NCBI RefSeq assembly: GCF_004010195.1
Contig: NW_025215243.1
Coordinates: 22,019 to 76,514 of the forward strand
DNA length: 54,496 nt
Reading direction: 5' to 3'
From: Chiloscyllium plagiosum
Taxonomy: Eukaryota
Position numbers and translations under genes: made by a program. Within the stretch, counting starts at the first letter, position 1; the number at the start of each line of letters is the position of its first letter. The notes beneath the pieces are model-generated. The model saw only the letters and a list, made by a program, of their open reading frames with translations, made no database searches and was not told where the DNA came from. This document shows, piece after piece, positions 34,540 through 46,955 of this stretch.

Positions 34540-35230
34540 TTGCTCCTGGTTTCTTCAGATACATTCTGCTGGGTGACCTATGAATTAGTATCTGACCATC
34601 CACAGAAATGGATAATTTTGTTTTGATACTGTTGAATGTGAAGGTACATTTATTGGATATAGCTTCAGAGAGTTCACTGTGAGACACAAAATGCTGCAAT
34701 AGACTGTCAAGTGTGAACGTTTTCACCCAGTGTCTGGTCCAGGGTGCAGATGTATGAAGTCTGGGGGACATGCCAGATGTTATCACCATAAGTAACTTGC
34801 CCAGTGTGATTCTGAGGCTCCATGTACATACATCTGCTCCCTGGGCCAGGCTCTGACAGATGATGAATTTGTAAGGCCTGGTTCCTGGTCAGTCATTTGT
34901 ATCTAATTTAGACAGCATTTGTACCTACACTGAGAGGAGTGATAGCCTGTTGGCTAGTTTCCTCCTGCTCAAGGTGAATTTCCAAATGATTCTCTGTAAG
35001 GGAATATTTGAATGACTGCCCTGACCCAGGTTGGAAACTCTCTGGACAGATTCAGGACCAGTCCAGTGTCTCTCGGAGTGCTACATGCAGCTGTGAGATC
35101 CAGTAGCACTGTACCCGAATTCAGGCCTTTTGGAATCCACTTTGAATGTGGGTCATGATGCAAAGTGATAGGTTTACTGACCTGATCAATGATCAGGAGT
35201 TGCCATGTTTGTGAATTGGGCAATAATAAG
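34540..35230 (-). mobile_element. Vingi/Ingi-like LINE RT remnant
   Basis: Minus reading GTVLLDLTAACST..TGLVLNLS..PTWV, then DTND*PGTRPYKFI, then LSISVDGQIL. Confidence 0.65.
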
Positions 35231-35589
35231 GTATGAGCTGCAATTATTCAACTGAACAATAACTGCATCATCTCTGAAAACAATGAAGTTGATTCTATAT
35301 TGATAGAATTAAAATATAAACACCAAACAACCTTTTATGATACAAAAGTAAAGAATGCACATTTTGTTTTGTATCGAAAAAGGGCATGTTGTATGACTAT
35401 GCTGGTGATTACAATTACACGTTGAATCTCAGTATTCAAATGTATACGTTGTCCCTCTATCATTAGCAAAATGGTTGACCTCGACAGGATTTAATATTCA
35501 GAGTGAGCAAATCATTGAACAATCAAATAGAATTATAACTCTTACACATTTAAATATAATCAATCGATTTAATTTCTCATCTGAAATGT

Positions 35590-36810
35590 GTGAGCTTCAG
35601 TTATTTGCCAACAATTCTATTAGTTTTAAAATAATGATGGAAAAGGATAGACTAGATATAAAAGAAGAAGTTCTCAATTGGAGAAAGGCCAATTTTGACG
35701 GTTTGAGGAAAGATCTTTCAAAAGCTGATGGTGGCAAATGTTCGCAGGTAAGCAGATGGCTAGTAAATGGGAAGCTTTCAGAAATTAGATAGCCGCAGTC
35801 CAGAGACAGTATATTCTTGTTAGGGTAAAAGGAAAGGATGGTAGATATAGAGAGTGCTGAATGACTAAAGAAATTGATGGTTTGGTTAAGAATAAGAAGT
35901 AAGGATATGACAGGTACAGGCAGGATAGATTGAGTGAATCTTAGAAGAGTATAAAGGCAGGAGGAGTATACTAAAGAGGGAAATCAGGAAGGCAAAAAGG
36001 GGATATGAGATAGCTTTGGCAAATACAGGCAAGGAAAATCCAAAAGGATTTTACAAATACATGAGGTAAAAAGGGTAAACAGGGAGAGAAGAGAGCCCTC
36101 AAAGATCAACAAGGTGCCTTTGTGCGGAGTCGCAGGAGATGGGAGAGATACTAAATGAGTAGTTTGTATCAGTGTTTACTCAGAAGAAGGAGATGGGAGA
36201 TGTAGATATACGGAGAAATAGATTGTGATCTCTTGAGAAATGTCCATATTGCAGAGGAAGAAGTGCTGGATGTCTTGAAACGCATGAAGGTGGAGAAATC
36301 CTCAGGACCAGATCGATCAGGCGAAACTTGAAAGGGTTCAGAAAAGATTTACATGCATGTTGCCAAGGTTGGAGGGTGTGAGCTTTAGCTGGAGGTTGAA
36401 CAGGCTGGGGCTGTTTTCCCTGGAACGTTGGTGACTGAGGACTGACCTTATAGAGGTTTATAAAATCATGAGAGGCATGGGTAGGCTAAATAGACAAGGT
36501 CCTTTTTCTGGGGTAGGGAAGTCCAGAACTAGACGGCATAGGTTTTGGTTGGGTAAGGAAAAAATGTAAAAGAGATGTAAGGGGCATTTTTTTCACTCAG
36601 AGGGTTGTACCTGCTTGGAATGAACTGCCAGAGGAAGTGTTGGCGGTTAGTACAATTCTAATATTTAGATGGCGTCTGGGTTCGTATATGAATTGAAAGT
36701 GTTTCCAGCGATATGGGCTGAGTGCTAGCAGGTGGGACTAGACTGGGTTGGGCTATCTGGTTGGCATGGACAAGTTGGACCGAAAGGTCTGTTTCCATGC
36801 TGTCTGTCTC
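35590..36810 (+). mobile_element. CR1 fragment(s): endonuclease end and tether joined to ORF2 C-terminus and 3' UTR
   Basis: VLNWRKANFDG, KENPKGFYKY, EKSSGPD then directly KLERVQKRF. 3' UTR GGACCGAAAGGTCTGTTTCCATGCTG. Confidence 0.85.
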
Positions 36811-36939
36811 TTTGACCCTGTGACTGTAATTTAGAAATGATAATAATTTGACATGCACTATCAAATAACTAAATCGTTAATATTATTAAATTGTAGCATA
36901 CAATAAGTTGAAAACTTGCTATTTTTAGAATGATTGATA

Positions 36940-38635
36940 AAGAACAAAGAACATTCCAACACAGGAACAGACCCTTCGGCCCTCCCAGCCTGTGCTGATC
37001 CAGATCCTCCTATTTTATAAACCTATTTTCTAAGGATCTGTATCCCTTTGCTCCCTGCCCATTCATGTAACTGTCTAAATACATCTGTGATAACGCTATC
37101 GTTCCTGCCCCTACCACCTCCTCTGGCCACACGTTCCAGGCTGCCACCACGCTATGTGTAAAAAACTTCCCACATATATCTGCCCTAAACCTTTCCCCTC
37201 TCACTTTGGACTCATGACCCCGAGTAATTGAGTTCCACAATCTAGGGAAAAAGCTTCTTGCTATCCACCCTGTGTATATCTGTCTTGATTTTGTAGACCT
37301 CAACCTTCGACTTTGTCATGAAAATAGTCCTAATCTACTCATTCTTTCTTCGTAACAAGCACCATCCAACCCAGGCAGCATCCTGGTGAACCTACTCTGT
37401 ACCCTATTCAAAGCATCCACATCCTTTTGTTAATGTGGTGACCAGAACTATATGCAGTATTCCAAATGCGGCCAAACCAAAGTCCTATGCAAAGTCCTAT
37501 GCCAGCGCTTGTACTCAACACCTGATCCAATGAAGGAAAGCATGCCATATACCGTATTGACCATTTTACTGACCTGTGTTGGCATCTTCAGGAAACAATG
37601 GACCTGAACACCCAGATCTCGCTGTAATTTTCCCCAGGACTTTTCTGTTTACTGTATTGTTCACTCTTGAACTGGATCTTTCAAAATGCATCACCTCGCA
37701 TTTGCACAGATTGAACTCAATCTGCCATTTCTGCACCCCCCATCTCTCCAATCAATCTATATTCTGCAGTATTCTCTGACAGTACCCTTCACTGTCTGCT
37801 ACTCCAATAATCTTGATGTCATGTGCAAACTTGCTAATCAGGCAACAAATACCTTCTTTCAAACCATTGATATATATCACAAACAACAGTGGTCCCAGCA
37901 CGGATCGCTTTTGCACACCACTGATCATAGGTCTCCATTTTGAGAAATCCCCTTCCACTATTACTCTCTGTCTCGTGTTGACTAGCCAGTTCTCTATCCA
38001 TCTAGATAGAACGCCCTGGACCCCATGTGACTTCACCGTCTCCATCAGCCGACCATGGTGAACCTAATAAAACGCCTTCCTCAAGTCCCTCAGTATCTTC
38101 TCCAATAACGTCCCTACCACTGATGTCAGGCTTGCCGGTCTACAATTACCTGGATTATCCCCGCTATCCTTCTTTAACAAAGGGACAATATGAACAATTC
38201 TCCAGTCCTCCAGGACCTCACCCATGTTCAATCATCCTGCAAAGATATATGTTAAAGCCCCAGTTATTTCCACACTCACATCCCTCAGTAACCTGTGATT
38301 GATCCCATCCGGACTTCGGGTTTGTCTACCTTCATACCTTTTAGAGCATCCAAAACTTCCTCCCTCTTTATGTCGACTTGAACCAGAGTACTCAGAGATC
38401 CATCCCTAACCTCAACATCCGTCAAGTCCCTATCCTTGGTGAATACAGATGCAAAGTAATCGCTAAGAATCTCACCCATTGTCTCTGACTCCATGCATAA
38501 CTTTCTTCCTTTGTCCTTGTGTGGACCAAACGTTTCTCTAGTTACCCTCTTGCTCCTTGTATATGAAAATAATTCTTTGGGATTTTCCTCAACCCTGTTT
38601 GCTATCAATATCTCATGACTACTTTTAGCCCTCGT
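36940..38635 (-). mobile_element. CR1 fragment (tether to 3' end)
   Basis: Minus ORFs read EENPKELFSY, RQRVIVEG...VLGPLLFVIYIN...KFAHD and TRGH...FFTHSV. AAAGAAC tail. Same subfamily as 14050-14980. Confidence 0.9.
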
Positions 38636-38834
38636 CGATATTTACTGTGAAATGTAGCTAGTGAAAAGAAAATAAACGTTTGTTCGTGCGAGTGGGAGCT
38701 CAGACCTTTGCAAACTGTTTTGTGTCAAAAAAATTTGAAATCCGTCTCAGTGCAAATAAAAAGCAAAAGAACAAACCGCTTGAAAAGACTAATTTTGAGC
38801 CACTGTTCCCCCAAAGTACTTCTGAGGTAGAAAA

Positions 38835-39460
38835 GAGTGAGGGTTTGTAACCAGGGCACAACAGTAACTATGGGTGGTTTGAACCTGCAAATTGGCTCAA
38901 TTAATCAACTTGACAGTGATATCCTTGAATGAAGATTCATAGAGTGTATGAGAGATTATTTCTGAGAGCAGGATGTCATGGAAACAACCAGAGAATGGTG
39001 GGGGGGGGGCACGGTGGCTCGGTGGTTAGCACAACACCAGGGCCCCAGGTTCGATTCCAGCCTCTGGGGACTGTCTGCATGTAGTTTGCATATTGTCCCC
39101 CTGTCTGCGTGGGTTTCCTCCCACTGTCCAAAGATGTGCAGGTCAGGTGAATTGGCCAAGCTAAATTGCTAATAGAGTAAGGTACTTTACTCAGAGGGAA
39201 ATGGGACTGGGTGGGTTACTCTTCGGAGGGTCGGTGTGGACTTGTTGGGCCGAAGGGCCTGTTCCCATACTGTAGGGCATCTAATCAAATTTAGATTTGA
39301 TATTATCTAACAAGGAAGGATTGGTGGATGAGCTTTGCCTTGGAATAACCACAACATGCTGGAGTTTCACATTCAGATTGAAAGAGTGAAGGCTGAGTCA
39401 TACATGAGAGTTTTTGTGTTAGGCATTGATAATTATACTGGCCTAAGGAAAGATTCGGCT
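38835..39460 (+). mobile_element. CR1 endonuclease fragment split by a SINE
   Basis: TVTMGGLNL...EQDVMETTRE before the SINE and LDLILSNKEG...NHNMLEFHIQ after it. Confidence 0.7.
39005..39287 (+). mobile_element. HE1-like V-SINE
   Basis: GGCACGGTGGCTCGGTGGTTAGCAC...GGTTCGATTCC...CTTCGGAGGGTCGGTGTGGACTTGTTGGGCCGAAGGGCCTG...ATCTAATC. Confidence 0.92.
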
Positions 39461-39619
39461 CTGGTGGTCTTGGCGGGGGGGGGGGGGGGGGGGGGTGGGG
39501 GGGGGNNNNNNNNNNNNNNNNNNNNNNNNNNNNNNNNNNNNNNNNNNNNNNNNNNNNNNNNNNNNNNNNNNNNNNNNNNNNNNNNNNNNNNNNNNNNNNN
39601 NNNNNNNNNNNNNNNNNNN

Positions 39620-39831
39620 AAGTCAGTGGCCTCGTGGTGTTATCACTGAATTCTGATGTGATAAACCCAGATAATGTTCGTGTGCCCTGCGTTCAAGTCC
39701 TGCCACAGCAAGTGGCGGAGCTTGAATTCAAATCTGGAATTAAGAGACTGATGATGGTTATGAATTGATTGACAATAAAAACTCACCTGGTTCACTAATG
39801 TCCTTTAGGGAAGGAAACTGCCATTCTACCA
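39620..39831 (+). mobile_element. SacSINE1-like Deu-SINE, 5' half
   Basis: TGGCCTCGTGGTGTTATCACT (A box), GTTCAAGTCC (B box) and CTGGTTCACTAATGTCCTTTAGGGAAGGAAACTGCC. Confidence 0.85.
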
Positions 39832-40272
39832 GAGATTCACCACTCTCAGGCTGAAGACGTTTCTCCTTATCGCCATTCCAAAGAGTTTCTCTTGACTCTC
39901 AGGCTATGTCCTTGAGTCCTTTCTCTCCTAGCCGTGGAAGCATCTTCACAACATCTACTCTGACCAGGCAACCAGTATTCTGTATGCTTCAATTAGATCC
40001 ACCTTCATTCTTATAAACTCCAGCGAGTATAGACCCAGAGATCTCATATGTTAAGCTTTTAATTCCGAGGACCATTCCTATGAAGCCCCTCTGAACATGA
40101 TCCGGGTGGTACATCCTTCCTGAGTTATGGGGTCGAAAACGGTACACAATACACCAAATGTGGTCTGACCAGAGTCTTATAGAGCCTCAGAAATCCATCG
40201 CCGCTGTAATATTCAAGTCTTCTCAAAATAAATGCCATCACTGTATTTGCTTTTCTGACCAGATTGACCACC

Positions 40273-40923
40273 TGAAATAATAATCCTACGATGGACAATA
40301 ATAAATTTACCATGGAGTTACAAAAATGAACAATGATTAAAGCATGCTGGGATGTAGAACCCAGCCTTGACCAAAGTCTATTGTGCTCATCCACATGCTG
40401 CAGAATCCAGACAGGCTGCAGCCACCCACAGATGGTTGCAAAGAAACCTGAAGCAACAGACCATGTAATACACACCTGAAGTTGGACCTGAATGGGATAA
40501 TGGAATGTCGCCCTTGGGCCATCAATGTGACAACCCCAGGTTGAGACTGATTGATCAAGGTAAATGAATCTGATCATTTCATTGGCAGATCGTCCACACC
40601 CTCCCAAAAAGACGTGAGGACTTGGAAGGTAGGAATCACCACAAAACCCCTCAGGGAGCGGTAACTCGAGAATAACCACGGAAAGACTATCAGAAGAATA
40701 AGAAGACTTCACCACGGAATCTGGTCAACTTCTAGTGGGGCGGTATGTGATCATCCAAATTTAAGTTAAACCATAAGATAGATTGTAGTGTTTTACATTA
40801 CGTTATAATACATTTTATTTTTAAATATTAATTGTGTGCAATAAACAAATATTACTGTTTATAAGAGTTGACTCAGTTCTTTTGATGAATATAAGATTTC
40901 AAACACATTGTGCGGCAGATACA
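40273..40923 (+). mobile_element. Solo LTR (651 bp)
   Basis: Begins with TG and ends with CA, flanked by an exact 5-bp CCACC duplication (40268-40272, 40924-40928). AATAAA at 40840-40845. Interrupts a CR1. Confidence 0.8.
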
Positions 40924-41699
40924 CCACCTTTCTAACTATTGATTCAACTTGCACGATTACCTTGAGACAATCCTGGACTGGAACTCGCAACACCCTTTGT
41001 ACTTCAGCCTTCTGAATTTTCTCCCCAGATATAAAATAGTCCATGCCTCTCTTCTTCCTACTAAAGTGCATCACCGCGCACTTTCTCAGGTTGTACTCCA
41101 TCTGCCACTTCTTTGCCCACTCTCCTACCCTGTTTAAATCTTTCTGCAGCCTCCCTGCCTCCTCAGTGATACCTGTCCCACAACCTACCTTTGCATCATC
41201 AATTAGTCTCGCCGGAGTGCCGTCAGTTCCTTCATCTAGATTGTTAACGTACAAAGTAAAATGTTTTGGTTCCCTTGCGGAACACGAGTTGTCATTGGCT
41301 GCTATCCTGAAAAGGAACTTTTTGTTCCCACTCTCTACTTTCTGCCAGACAGTCAAGCCTCTGTACACGCGAGTACCTTTTCCCTGACTCCGTGGGCCCC
41401 TGTCTTACTCAGCACCCTCCTGTAAGGCACCTTGTCAATGTTCTTTTTGAAGTGCAGATAGATAACACCCATTAGCTCTCCTTGGTCTAAACTGCTTGTT
41501 ACCTCCTCAAACAATTCTAACAGATTCATTAGCATGACCTCCCCTTGACGAAACCATACTGACTTCGCCTCACTTTACCATGCACTGGCAATTAGTCAGA
41601 AATCTCATCCTTCACAACAGATTCCAGGAACTTACCCACGACCGGGGTTAGGCTAATCAGTTTATAATTCCCCTTTTTAACAGGGTATCAGCGAGATTC

Positions 41700-41710
41700 C
41701 AAGATGGCGG
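41700..41710 (+). promoter_or_regulatory. YY1-type motif at the L1 5' end
   Basis: CAAGATGGCGG lies about 10 nt inside the element. The position and core match the YY1 site of mammalian L1 promoters. Confidence 0.65.
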
Positions 41711-41868
41711 CGGCCCAGGAGGTATGAGTCTGCACAGCTCTGCCTGAGACTCAGGCAAAGTGGGATACCCACCCTCACCTCAACTGAAAAATTATTTTAA
41801 ATAGTTTTTTTTTGCTTAGCAGCCTTGGCCATTCTACATCAATCTTTAGAATTTGACGCTTTTTAAAA

Positions 41869-42720
41869 ATGACCAAAGCCAAAAGCTCTCGCAGTTCACA
41901 ACAGGCAGGGACCCCTCAGACTCACCCCCCCCCCCCCACCCCCACCGAGTAGCAAGGTAGACGTCTGTGGCCGCCGCGGGGGACTCACCTGCACGGACGA
42001 ACCTGATCTCGGAGCTTGTTACACTCTGAGAGAAGATTGATGCTTCCATTGAAGAGACCCCGTCCAGGTAGGAGTCAATCTTGGTCATGCTGCAGAAGCA
42101 TGACGGAGAGATCGAGAAACTCGGGCAGAGGTGGGGCGGGGCAACGGGCCGCGGCCTCCGAGACCACTGCTGAGTTATCCATGGGCCAGATCTGGACTCC
42201 GGAACATCGAGTCCCGACGGTAGAGGCAAATTTTGACGACATCGAAAATCGAGGTCATCAGAAAAATATTCGGTTGCTGGGCCTTCCCGAACGGAGGAGG
42301 AAGCCCAGCATTTTGCTTTCTTGGAACAATGGCTCCCACAGCTGCTGAAACTTGAGTAGTAGCTGGGCCGGTTGAACGGGACCAACGGGTTGCTGTGCGC
42401 CGGCCCGGGTCGGCCCACCGCCCCTGCCCAGTCCTAGTTCAAGTAAAGCTTTACAGGGAAAAACAGATGCTGCTAAAGGCCTCCAGAGTCTTGGGGAAGG
42501 ATTCTCGTGCCATGATATACAAGGGCTCCAGGATAAGATTCTTTTCGGACTTCTCTCCGGCTGTTGTCGACAAAGGCAAGGCATTTGATGAGGCGAAGAA
42601 GCATCTGAGGGATTTCAATACTCAATATTCTATGTGCTGCTGTCATGGAGGATCTGTATATAACTTTGGATCACCGGAAAGAATAAAATAATTCCTGGAT
42701 GCTCTCACATAGACTGCGGG
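41869..42720 (+). pseudogene. L1 ORF1p remnant
   Basis: DDIENRGHQKNIRLLGLPE (RRM start), then PVLV...YREKQMLLKASR...YKGSRIRFFSDFSP. Frameshifts and stops. Confidence 0.85.
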
Positions 42721-43334
42721 ACTTGAACTGTATAGATAATGAGTTTATTTTGACCACACTTTTGTTTTTCTCCTTCTTTCTTCCTCTTTCTCGTCTCCAC
42801 GTTTCCTTGGTGAGGGGGTGTGGGGTGGGGGATTCTTCCTTATCCTTTCTATGGACTCTTATATATAGCGCGTGTGGTTTATTTGATTGTTAGTGGATAT
42901 TTCTGATTGTTTTTTTTTATTTGGTTGGTTATTACTTGCTGAGATTGTAATTTTTTAATTTTATATATTTTCATCTTGTGTTGTTTTGCTAAGTGTATCG
43001 AGGTGTTGGTGTGGGGGGTCACCCACTTTTAGCTTTTGTCTTATAAAATGTTGAAATTTATTTACTCTACTTTGTACTGCCTGGGCCGAGGGCATGGTTC
43101 TGGCTGGGAGATGTTATGGTGGTATTATTGGAAGGTAGTAGTGCCTCCTCTGAACAAGGGGGAAATCTCCTTTTGCATATGTTTTATGTTATTTATTTTT
43201 TAGGAATAGTTCTTAGTTGTTTTGATTTAGCTGTTTTAAAGAGTGTTTTCTGTGTGAATCATTTTGGATTTTTATTCAATGTCTTTTGGGCGGGGATCTC
43301 CCTCCTGGGGGGTCTCGGGCTTGCTTGGACTATC

Positions 43335-46300
43335 ATGGCTAGTTATTCGTTTAGGTAGTGCACCAGGAATGTCAAGGGGAGCCATTCACCAATCAAAAGG
43401 AAAAAGATATTTTCAAGTCTTAAAAAAGAAAGGGTGGATGTAACCCTTCTACAGGAGACACATCTACTTGATAAGGAGCATTTGAAACTGCAAAAGGGTG
43501 GATGTGGCCAGGTGTTCTTTTCATCTTTCAGCGCAAAAAGTAGGGGAGTTGCCGCTCTTAGTGGGAAGAATCTTCCCTTCCAAATGCTAAGTCAGACAAA
43601 GGATGACTGGTTGATATATATTAACTAAATCCCTAAAATATGGGGAAGGATATGGGATTTTGAATCTCTATTGCCCCCCCCCAGCGCGACCTTTTAAATT
43701 TGTAATGGAAGTGATCTCCAAGTTGATGGCTCTCGGGATGCACCACACATCCCGGGCGGGGGGGGGGGATTATAATTTTATCATCGACCCAGGAGTGGCC
43801 AGAATACCTCCGAGCTCTGTGGGCATATCTTTGAGATCTAGGCAAGTTGGCGGGTCTGAGTAGGGAGTTGGGGCTGGTAGATGTGTGGACGTGTCTTCAC
43901 CCTGAGGATAGAGACTTTACTTTGTATTCTAAACCACACAAGTGCCATACTGGAATCGATATGTGTCTGTCCCCTCGACACTTTTGAACTCAATATTGTT
44001 TTGTACAGTAGGTAATATAACTATTTCCGACCATGCCGCAGTATATATGGAGGTTAAGAGTAGTGATGACGAGATAGCTTCCCGACATTGGCGTATGGAC
44101 CCTTTCCTATTGAAGGAAAGTAAGTTCATAAAATATTTCTCGCAGGAATTTAAAACCTTCTGGAATATCAACTCAGGGCACGGCCAGTAACCCATCGGTG
44201 ATGTGGGAGACTGCGAAGGCATATGTGTCAGGCTTGGTTATCTCATATTCTGTGACCCGGAAAAGACAAAAAGGAGAACAACAGAGTCTGCTCGAGGCTC
44301 GCATAAAGGCGGGTGAGACAGCGTATGTGGATAGACCCTCCATTACTAAGCTACAGCTGATTACAGCCCTTAGGGAAACTTTGAATCCCACACTTACTCA
44401 GGCAGCAAAGAGGGAGATATTATTTGCGAAGCAGAGATTACTTGAATACGGTGAAAAGGCTGGCAGGTATCTAGCATACTTTCCAGAAAGAAAAAGGCTC
44501 CCCAAGACATTAGTGCTGGTACCCTCACTTGTGAGCATGAAATGAGCAATGCAGCCTTTAGAAAGTTCTGTTTCAAATTGTATATGTCAAAGGGCTGAGA
44601 GGCGTTGTTTTTGAATGCCCCCCGGCAATCCAAGAAATAATGGAGGCGGTAAGGCAGCTCCAGGATGGCAGAGCGCCCGGACCAGATGGATTCCAGGCTG
44701 AGTTCTATAAATAATTTATTGGGCAATTGTCCGGGCCACTTATAAATATGTATAATGATTCACATAGTCACGGCTGCCTCTCGTCTTCTCTCATTCTTAA
44801 GAAGGGAAAGGCCCCAGATGACTGCTCTTCGTATAGACCTATATCTTTGTTGATTGTGGATTTTAAAGTTCTCACAAAAATGTTGGCATTAAGACTGGAG
44901 AGGGTTTCACCATTCGTTATAAAAGAGGACCAGACGGAGTTTATAAAGGGTTGCAGATCAACTAATAACATTAGAAGAGCCTTAAATATGCCAGGAACAG
45001 GCGGTACTGGGATTAGTTATCTCCCTAGAGGCACAGAAGGCATTTGATTGGGAACAATGGCCATATCTCTTTTATGCGCTGGAATGGTTCTGTGTTGGAG
45101 AGGTCTTTACTAAATGGGTTACAGTATTAATTAATGATCCCAAAGCAGCGGTTTAAGTTCGGATAGCATTAGCGTTGGTAGAGGTTATCGACAGGGTTGC
45201 CCTCTCTCACCATTATTATTTACGTTAGTGATTTGAGCTGTTGGCGGAAGCTATATGAGCCAATCCTAATACAATGGTTATGGAGGTTAAATTGGGTAAG
45301 CACAAAATTACTCTCTATGCGGACGATGTCCTCCTTTTCTGAAATGGTGTATTGATTCTGTGCCCTACTTAATTCAAGTGGTTAACTTATTTGGCATGTT
45401 CTCAGGTTATAAAATCAATTTAATGAAATTGGAGGCCATGCTGCTGGGAGCTCTTGCCAGTATATCCAATTTTACGGATGGATCCCGTTTCCCCTTTTGG
45501 CGGTCACTGGGAGATTTTCGTTACTTCAATATTTTTAATACTCCGACATTCGATCAGCTGTATAAAGCCAATTATACACATTTATTCGAGAAAATAAGAT
45601 AGGACCTTCAACGCTTGGAAGTTTTCCCGATATCCTGGCTAGATAGAATAGCTTTCGTCAACATGAACATCGTACCTGGCCTTTTATACGCTATGAGAAT
45701 GCTCTCCTTGATGCTGCCGAAACAGGCGCTGTGTAAGCTTTATGGTTGGCTCGGCTCCTTTATTTGGAGTCATAGACGGCACCTTATCCAATTGACTCTC
45801 TATTATCCTACGTAGCTGATTGGGCCTCTTGTGACCCACAATCAATCTGGTTAGATATTGAAGACTCCTAAGCAAAATATCCCCTCATCAATCTACTATT
45901 TATGGACAAGGTGAGAGTTATTACGGATCATTGTAAAACTCCTATTGTATTAAATACAATCAAAGCCTGGACGATAATGCGACAGGATGAGGGTAACCTA
46001 CAAAAATCCTCCCCCTATATCCCTATAGTGGAAATATTGGGATTCCAGCCAGGGCTGAATGATGTTGTATTCAGAACTTGGGAGTTCAGTGGTATCTCCT
46101 GTTTGGGAGACCTGTTCGATGGGGATGTCATGATGTCCTTCAAACAACTGCGTCAGAAGTTTGGGCTGCATAGCAAAGATCTTTTTCAATATTTTCAAAT
46201 AGAAGACTTTATACAAAAAAAGACCATGTTGATAATTGATCATTATAAATCGGATAGGGAAAGGAGAGTGCTTCGGCCGATGGTTCCGCCCATGGTCAGT

Positions 46301-46955
46301 ACTCTCTACCACAAACTATTTAATAAGGTATCAAACAACATGGAACGGTTATATAAAACATAGATTCAAGTATTGGCGAATGGATATCTCCTTAGAGATG
46401 TGGGAAGACGTCTGGGAAAACGTCAGGAAGATGTCTATCTGTAACAGAACTCAGGGTATCCAATTCAAGATACTTTATTGGGCTCACATGGCACCTGACT
46501 GACTTGCAAAGTTCAAGACAGGGGCATCTCCAATGTGTCCTACATGCAAAACAGAAGTTAGTACTCTCACGCATTGTCTGTGGACATGCCGTAAGATCTT
46601 CATGTATTGGGACAAAGTAACGAATGCCTTGGCAACTATTTTGTGTACTGAGATTGGATGGGACTCAGTGCTTCTATTTTTGGGCTCCCCAAATTTCCCT
46701 TCTTTGGATGTATACGGGAGGAAATTATTCATTCTCCTTTTCTTTTGTCCGGGCAAAAACCTTTTAGTGAACTGGATATCCAAAGGTCCCCCAGGACTTT
46801 CAAATTGGCACAGGGTAGTCATGGAATATATCCCCCTTGACTTCCTTACGAACATGGTGAACCAAAAGACGGAATTATTTTATAGAACATGGCAAACCTT
46901 TTTGAACTACATTGACAAAGATATATCAGCCACATTGTTCAGTGGCTTTGCTTAG
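43335..46955 (+). pseudogene. L1 ORF2p remnant (endonuclease, RT, CCHC)
   Basis: NVKG..SPIKRKK..LQETHL, GGDYN, ISDH, PGPDGF, SYRPISLL, GCPLSPLLF, LYADD and CPTC..LTHCLWTC. Many frameshifts and internal deletions. Confidence 0.92.

Noticed and set aside
34485..34676. Apparent 192-bp minus-strand exon (TCTCACAG acceptor, AG/GTAACC donor, open frame)
   Set aside because: The peptide (LSISVDGQILIH) continues the adjacent Vingi-like RT remnant, and no partner exons were found. RNA-seq would be needed to exclude exonisation.
39471..39505. Poly-G tract as a functional G-quadruplex
   Set aside because: It abuts an assembly gap, so its length and sequence are unreliable.
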